This document shows positions 27,756 to 32,000 of a stretch of DNA of 32,000 nt, in pieces; position 1 is the first letter of the stretch, and each line of letters begins with the position of its first letter. The translations under genes and the position numbers were made by a program. The notes under the pieces are model-generated. The model saw only the letters and a list, made by a program, of their open reading frames with translations. It made no database searches and was not told the origin of the DNA. This DNA comes from Candidatus Thorarchaeota archaeon (GTDB lineage Archaea; Asgardarchaeota; Heimdallarchaeia; Hodarchaeales; Hodarchaeaceae), in NCBI GenBank assembly GCA_048882505.1, contig JBHLRO010000003.1:30001-62000 (forward strand). The letters are read 5' to 3'.

Positions 27756-28025
27756 ATGATGGAAAATGTGCTGTTAAAATCTGAAGATAAAAGATCCCGT
27801 TCTGAAATTGTTACATTCCTGAACGAAATCGCAATGAAAATTGATAGTGGTATGGTTAAGTTAGTACAGGGAGAACAGAGCTTAGAACTAGAAATTCCAG
27901 AGAATCTGACCCTTGAAATCAAAGTTGAAGAAAAAATAAAACCTAACCATCCTAAAAAGATGCAATTAGAAATTGAATTAGAATGGTATGAAGGAGACAA
28001 GCGCGAATCTATACAACTTGGATGA
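27756..28025 (+). CDS. Amphi-Trp domain protein
   Basis: SRSEIVTFLNEIAMKIDSG.V.L...LEIPENLTLEIKVEE...QLEIELEW pattern ending in the conserved Trp. Confidence 0.88.
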   Translation: MMENVLLKSEDKRSRSEIVTFLNEIAMKIDSGMVKLVQGEQSLELEIPENLTLEIKVEEKIKPNHPKKMQLEIELEWYEGDKRESIQLG

Positions 28026-28557
28026 ATTTATTTTATGCGTATCAGCATTCTAATTGAAGAATTAAGGCAGGACATAAACAATCGGTCTAGACTCACAAAA
28101 AGTATAACCGATGTTTCAATTTTCCTCCCTTTAATCTTTTTTTAATACCTCAAGTAAGGTTTTTTTCACATATTATGTTACTTCCAAACGTCTTCAAACA
28201 GTAATTTTACGACATGATGCATTAAAAACTGAGACTATATTATTGGTCTTCTTCAATTCTATTTGATAATGCATTTTTTAGCATGGAAACTGGTTAATCT
28301 CGAGGGATAAGTAAAATATTACCTAAAAACTCGAAATTTTATTAGGAGACAAGATAACGTTCCTGCTAGGAGATTTCACGAAAAAATTTTAGGTTAATTA
28401 GATTTTCTTATTCATTAATATCGCTTGGATGTGATTTGAGCTGAAAGAAGTAACAAAAAGTGAAGAAAAGACGGTAGAAGCGAATAATATAAACATCACT
28501 TACGATACATTCGGAAATCCAAGTAATCCAGCATTATTACTCATAGGGGGGTTAGGG

Positions 28558-29343
28558 ATGCAAATGATTGGCTGGAGTGAAGATTTTTGCAAAGGGATCG
28601 CTGCAAAAGGTTTTTGGGTAATTCGATTCGATAATCGAGATGTTGGTTTATCGACAAAGTTTGATGAAGCGGGAATTCCAGATCTAAATCTAGTAATGCA
28701 GCAAGTAATGCAGGGTGAAGTACCAGAAGTTCCTTATACCCTTCTTGATATGGCTAAAGACGCAATAGGCCTATTAGATACTCTAAAGATCGACTCAGCA
28801 CATCTTGTTGGAGCATCGATGGGAGGAGCGATTGCTCAAACACTCGCCATACACTTTCCTGAACGGGTTAAAACACTAACCTCAATTATGTCCACGACTG
28901 GGAATTCCGAGCTACCTCAACCTGATCCTGAAGCATTTGCGATCCTGTCAACTACTCCTCCATCTAATCGGGAAGAATATATTGAATATGGTGTGAAAAT
29001 TTGGGATTTGCTCAATGGACCTGTCTATCCGTTGGATCATGATATGGTTCGAAAGAGAATGGCGACTACATTCGACAGATCTTACCATCCTTGGGGGAGC
29101 GGCAGACAGGCAGCGGCAAGATTCGCTATGGGGAGTTGGAAAGAAGAATTGAAGAAAGTAGACACACCTTCGCTTATTATTCACGGGGATATCGATCCAC
29201 TAGTCCCCGTTGAAGGTGGAAAGGAAACTGCAGCAATGATCCCGAATTCGAAATTACTAATCATTGAAGGAATGGGTCACAACATTCCACCTCAAGTTGC
29301 ACCGCGGATAATTGAAGCAATTTCGAATCATGCATCAAATTGA
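28558..29343 (+). CDS. Alpha/beta hydrolase (proline iminopeptidase/esterase-like)
   Basis: VIRFDNRDVGLS, nucleophile motif GASMGG, IIHGDIDPLV and GMGH. The homologous frame extends upstream to about 28441 without a canonical start. Confidence 0.9.
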   Translation: MQMIGWSEDFCKGIAAKGFWVIRFDNRDVGLSTKFDEAGIPDLNLVMQQVMQGEVPEVPYTLLDMAKDAIGLLDTLKIDSAHLVGASMGGAIAQTLAIHFPERVKTLTSIMSTTGNSELPQPDPEAFAILSTTPPSNREEYIEYGVKIWDLLNGPVYPLDHDMVRKRMATTFDRSYHPWGSGRQAAARFAMGSWKEELKKVDTPSLIIHGDIDPLVPVEGGKETAAMIPNSKLLIIEGMGHNIPPQVAPRIIEAISNHASN

Positions 29344-29566
29344 TTTTCGCATCCTCCAGCTGACTAAAAAGAAGGAAGTTAGTTTAATGCCGAGCTGGTG
29401 AAGGTTACTAGGTCAGTTCGTAGTTTAGCTAGGGAGAGTTAATGGATATTCATCATATGCCCAGCATGATAATACGTTAAGGAAATATTTCCACGTAGGC
29501 TAGAATCTAGTCCCAAATGATTTAATGTATATTCAGTTCTGAAAAACGGAGTTGCCAAATCAAAAA

Positions 29567-30445
29567 CTATGAACCGCTTAATCTTTTTATTCTTTCTATT
29601 CGTTCAGGTTCATTATTCACAAACCATTTATCTCGAGAAAGTAGTTCATACGCTAGTTTGAAATGCTCTTGAGCCAGTTTGTCTTCCTTTTTCAATAAAT
29701 ACAGCTCTCCAAGTTCCTCATGGTTATATCCACCCTTCCCAAGTCCGTTTTCCTCACGATGTCTGTCAACCTCCAATTGAACTTCTAATGCCCTATCTAT
29801 GTTTTTAAGTGATCTATAAACCCTGGCAACACACCACATAGCTATTGCAATTGTACCTGGATTCCCTTGGATTCTTCGGAATTCCAAAGCTTTTTGGAAC
29901 AGTTCAAGGGCTTTTTCGTACTCCTTTAGATCATGAAAACTCCATCCAGTATTATTTAATAATGATCCAAGCCAATTTCTAGTGCCCTCGTCTTTACTCT
30001 CCTCTGCAACCTTTATGGCCTTCTCATTCCATTCTATTTGCTTGATTGGATCTTTTTCAACTATTGCCATCATATGGAGGGCGTCTACTTCCAAAAATTC
30101 CTCTTTAAAATTCCTTGCCAAGTGTACAGCCTTTTCAAAACAGTTTTTGGCTTTTTCAAAGTCTTTACTAGAATTATATGTTCTCCCCCTCTCTAAGTAA
30201 TATCGTACTCTAACTTTGGCGGAAATATCATGGTTTAAAACCTCTTCCACTTCATCAAGTATCCCATGTGCTTCATCGAAGTTATATTCCAAACCAAATG
30301 TTCGTGCGATTTGAGTCTGAATTTCATATACGATATTAAAGGCCTGGGAATCCCGAGCATGTTCTAGATGGACAAGAAATTTCTGTCGGGTTTGACCTGG
30401 TTCAGAGAAATTCCAATCCTTGATAAAATCATGATAGGGGCTCAT
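29567..30445 (-). CDS. Tetratricopeptide repeat protein
   Basis: TPR motifs RYYLERGRTYNSS, DALHMMAI, SLLNNTGWSFHDLKEYEKALELFQKAL and GYNHEELGELYL. Confidence 0.85.
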   Translation of the reverse strand: MSPYHDFIKDWNFSEPGQTRQKFLVHLEHARDSQAFNIVYEIQTQIARTFGLEYNFDEAHGILDEVEEVLNHDISAKVRVRYYLERGRTYNSSKDFEKAKNCFEKAVHLARNFKEEFLEVDALHMMAIVEKDPIKQIEWNEKAIKVAEESKDEGTRNWLGSLLNNTGWSFHDLKEYEKALELFQKALEFRRIQGNPGTIAIAMWCVARVYRSLKNIDRALEVQLEVDRHREENGLGKGGYNHEELGELYLLKKEDKLAQEHFKLAYELLSRDKWFVNNEPERIERIKRLSGS

Positions 30446-30709
30446 TTCGTATCAAAAAAGCTATTTCATCAGGAGGAGTAAAGACCATTGAAACGAAGAA
30501 ATTAGATGCGATTCAAGTAGTCCTTGGTGAGGGTATTTTTCACTTGAAGGATTGGCCAGAAATATCGGAAATTATCAGTTTTACAGCTGTTTAAATACAA
30601 AATGAATCGCAACCAACCATTCATCCAGATTCCTCTACCTTTTGATTTCCTTGGAAAACGTCAGCAAAGGATTAATCCAATGAAGTTGATTAAAGTGGAA
30701 AGCCAGAAT

Positions 30710-30889
30710 ATGGAAGCAAACAAGGTAAAAGCGGTCGTTTACTCTGAATATGGGATTCCGGAGGTCCTTAGCTTGACGTAGGTAGAAAAATTCATAAACG
30801 TTTTAGAGTTGAAGAGATAGTGAATGCCCATAGGAATCGAGGAAGGACATAAAAGGGGGCATATCGTAATCCAAGGCTTCTATGGGTAA
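30710..30889 (+). pseudogene. Internally deleted NAD(P)-dependent alcohol dehydrogenase / quinone reductase (MDR family) remnant
   Basis: N-terminus KAVVYSEYGIPEVLSLT*VEK (TAG 30779-30781) is fused directly to C-terminal fragments KRFRVEEIVNAHR and EEGHKRGHIVI, with frameshifts. Confidence 0.75.
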
Positions 30890-30910
30890 TAATATGAAGG
30901 TCTTTGGAAA

Positions 30911-31275
30911 ATGGAAGATGCAAGAATAATACTGTCGGGATTATGGATCTCGGTTATGTTGGTCTATCTGTTTGGAGATGTAATGCGACTATATGCTGGC
31001 GATTTCACCCCTGGAGAAATTGATGGCAAACCTTTGAGCCGAGGAATGTTGATAGCAATGGCAATAATCATGTTACCCCCAATTTTTATGGTTTTCCTAT
31101 CCTTGACCTTGGATTATGCTGTGAATCGATGGGCAAATATCATTATAGCCGCGTTCTATTTTTCTTCAATCTTGTGGGTCTTCGTACATATCCAGGTGCT
31201 TATGATAGATTTTTGTTGATTATTTCTCTGGGATTTAACATAATAACTGTTTGGTGTGCATGGAGCTGGGTTTAA
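30911..31275 (+). pseudogene. DUF6326-family membrane protein with a 1-nt frameshift (real or sequencing error)
   Basis: Paralog of 19356-19721. Restoring one T in the T5 run at 31159-31163 gives YFFFNLVGLRTYPGAYDRFLLIISLGFNIITVWCAWSWV, ending at TAA 31273-31275. Confidence 0.75.
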
Positions 31276-31655
31276 TGTCCTCAAAGTTCTGTAAAATCTA
31301 GATACAATTGAGTCCGACATGACTCCATAGCCTTTTTTGCCAATTTACTCATTTAGGCTCACGAAATTGGGAAAAAAGATTAAACTAGCAAAGCGGACAC
31401 TTCAATCGGAAGCTAATAGATAAAATCGTGCCCAGTTGAGCCCGTTGAGCGTAGATAATACAGTTGTCCAAATTTCTGACCCTATAAGAGACTTCTATAA
31501 AAGGAAAAAGGAGAATAGCAGAGAGGGGTTGATTTCTGGTTTGCGTCAAGCTTTCGCTCCAAAGACCGAAAAATTGTGCGCGTTGAATTCTGTCGACCTT
31601 TATCTGGCATAGGGGGAATTCCTGGGATAAACCTGCTCAACTAACCGAAAAGCGA

Positions 31656-32000
31656 TCATTTCTTTTCCCAGCCCTCCACTATCTGCTGGGCCGAACTAAC
31701 ATATTTTTCCAGTTCCTCCTCAGTTCTATAAAGTTTCTTTAGAATCATTCTTTCAAACATGGTACTAAACTGTGTAAGCTCAATTCGATCACTTAACGAG
31801 GGTTCCATGTCTGAGATTTTGTTCCATTTGTCAAGATTCCGACTTAATGCCTTTTTTTCCAGCGAAATTGCGTAAGTAAGCTTTTTCAAGCCTTTTTCCT
31901 GAGAGAGGACTTCAGCCTGTGTTAAAAGTTTCTCTGCATTCTCAATATCCAATTCAAGTAATGCTAGACGTGATTGAAGTAAATAAATTTCCGCTAATAG
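31656..32000 (-). CDS. C-terminal part (partial) of a TPR-family protein
   Basis: Frame open to the window edge: LLAEIYLLQSRLALLELDIENAEKLLTQAEVLSQEKGLKKL...SDRIEL; same family as 5346-5993. Confidence 0.8.
   Translation of the reverse strand, partial: LLAEIYLLQSRLALLELDIENAEKLLTQAEVLSQEKGLKKLTYAISLEKKALSRNLDKWNKISDMEPSLSDRIELTQFSTMFERMILKKLYRTEEELEKYVSSAQQIVEGWEKK

Noticed and set aside
849-30781. Genome-wide reassignment of TAG
   Set aside because: Several intact genes terminate at TAG, and the residues expected at the internal TAG sites are inconsistent.
31431-31450. Short imperfect tandem CCCAGTTGAG/CCCGTTGAG
   Set aside because: Only two short units; compatible with chance.
1-32000. 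CRISPR arrays, tRNA/rRNA genes, IS elements and integrase
   Set aside because: No regularly spaced repeats, cloverleaf/T-loop signatures, or DDE or tyrosine-recombinase motifs were seen by eye; a tRNAscan/Infernal run would be needed to exclude small RNAs.

Overview
AT-rich archaeal DNA, most consistent with an Asgard archaeon of the Heimdallarchaeia/Hodarchaeales type. This is an inference from the TPR families, a 7TM-longin-like fusion, a C-terminal membrane-anchor motif and GGAGG/GAGGTG ribosome-binding sites. No rRNA, tRNA, CRISPR array, transposase or integrase was recognised. Positions 1-6.4 kb form a decaying accessory zone. Its main feature is a TPR gene split into two in-frame complementary halves in permuted order, bounding a 4.65-kb segment with a 6-bp direct repeat (ATATGA at 1346-1351 and 5992-5997); this looks like an integrated DNA circle, and it carries a TPR-HEPN pseudogene, a membrane protein and two HxlR remnants. 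Positions 9.9-17.9 kb hold a tight operon: PadR, HAAS/RDD, a double-FtsX permease, a LolD-type ATPase and a 927-aa fusion of a helical domain, ABC ATPase, coiled coil and winged helix. Positions 18.3-25.7 kb contain a duplicated stand-alone E2-type acyltransferase (duplicated with its promoter), a SRAP/HMCES homologue starting with Pro instead of the catalytic Cys, a GNAT, two ICMT-family proteins and a PLP aminotransferase. The rest encodes a Zn-ribbon plus LURP/tubby-like protein, a GbsR/MarR regulator divergent from an amphi-Trp gene with a TTGCAA operator array, an alpha/beta hydrolase, TPR proteins and gene remnants. All family assignments are from motif recognition by eye; no database searches were run.
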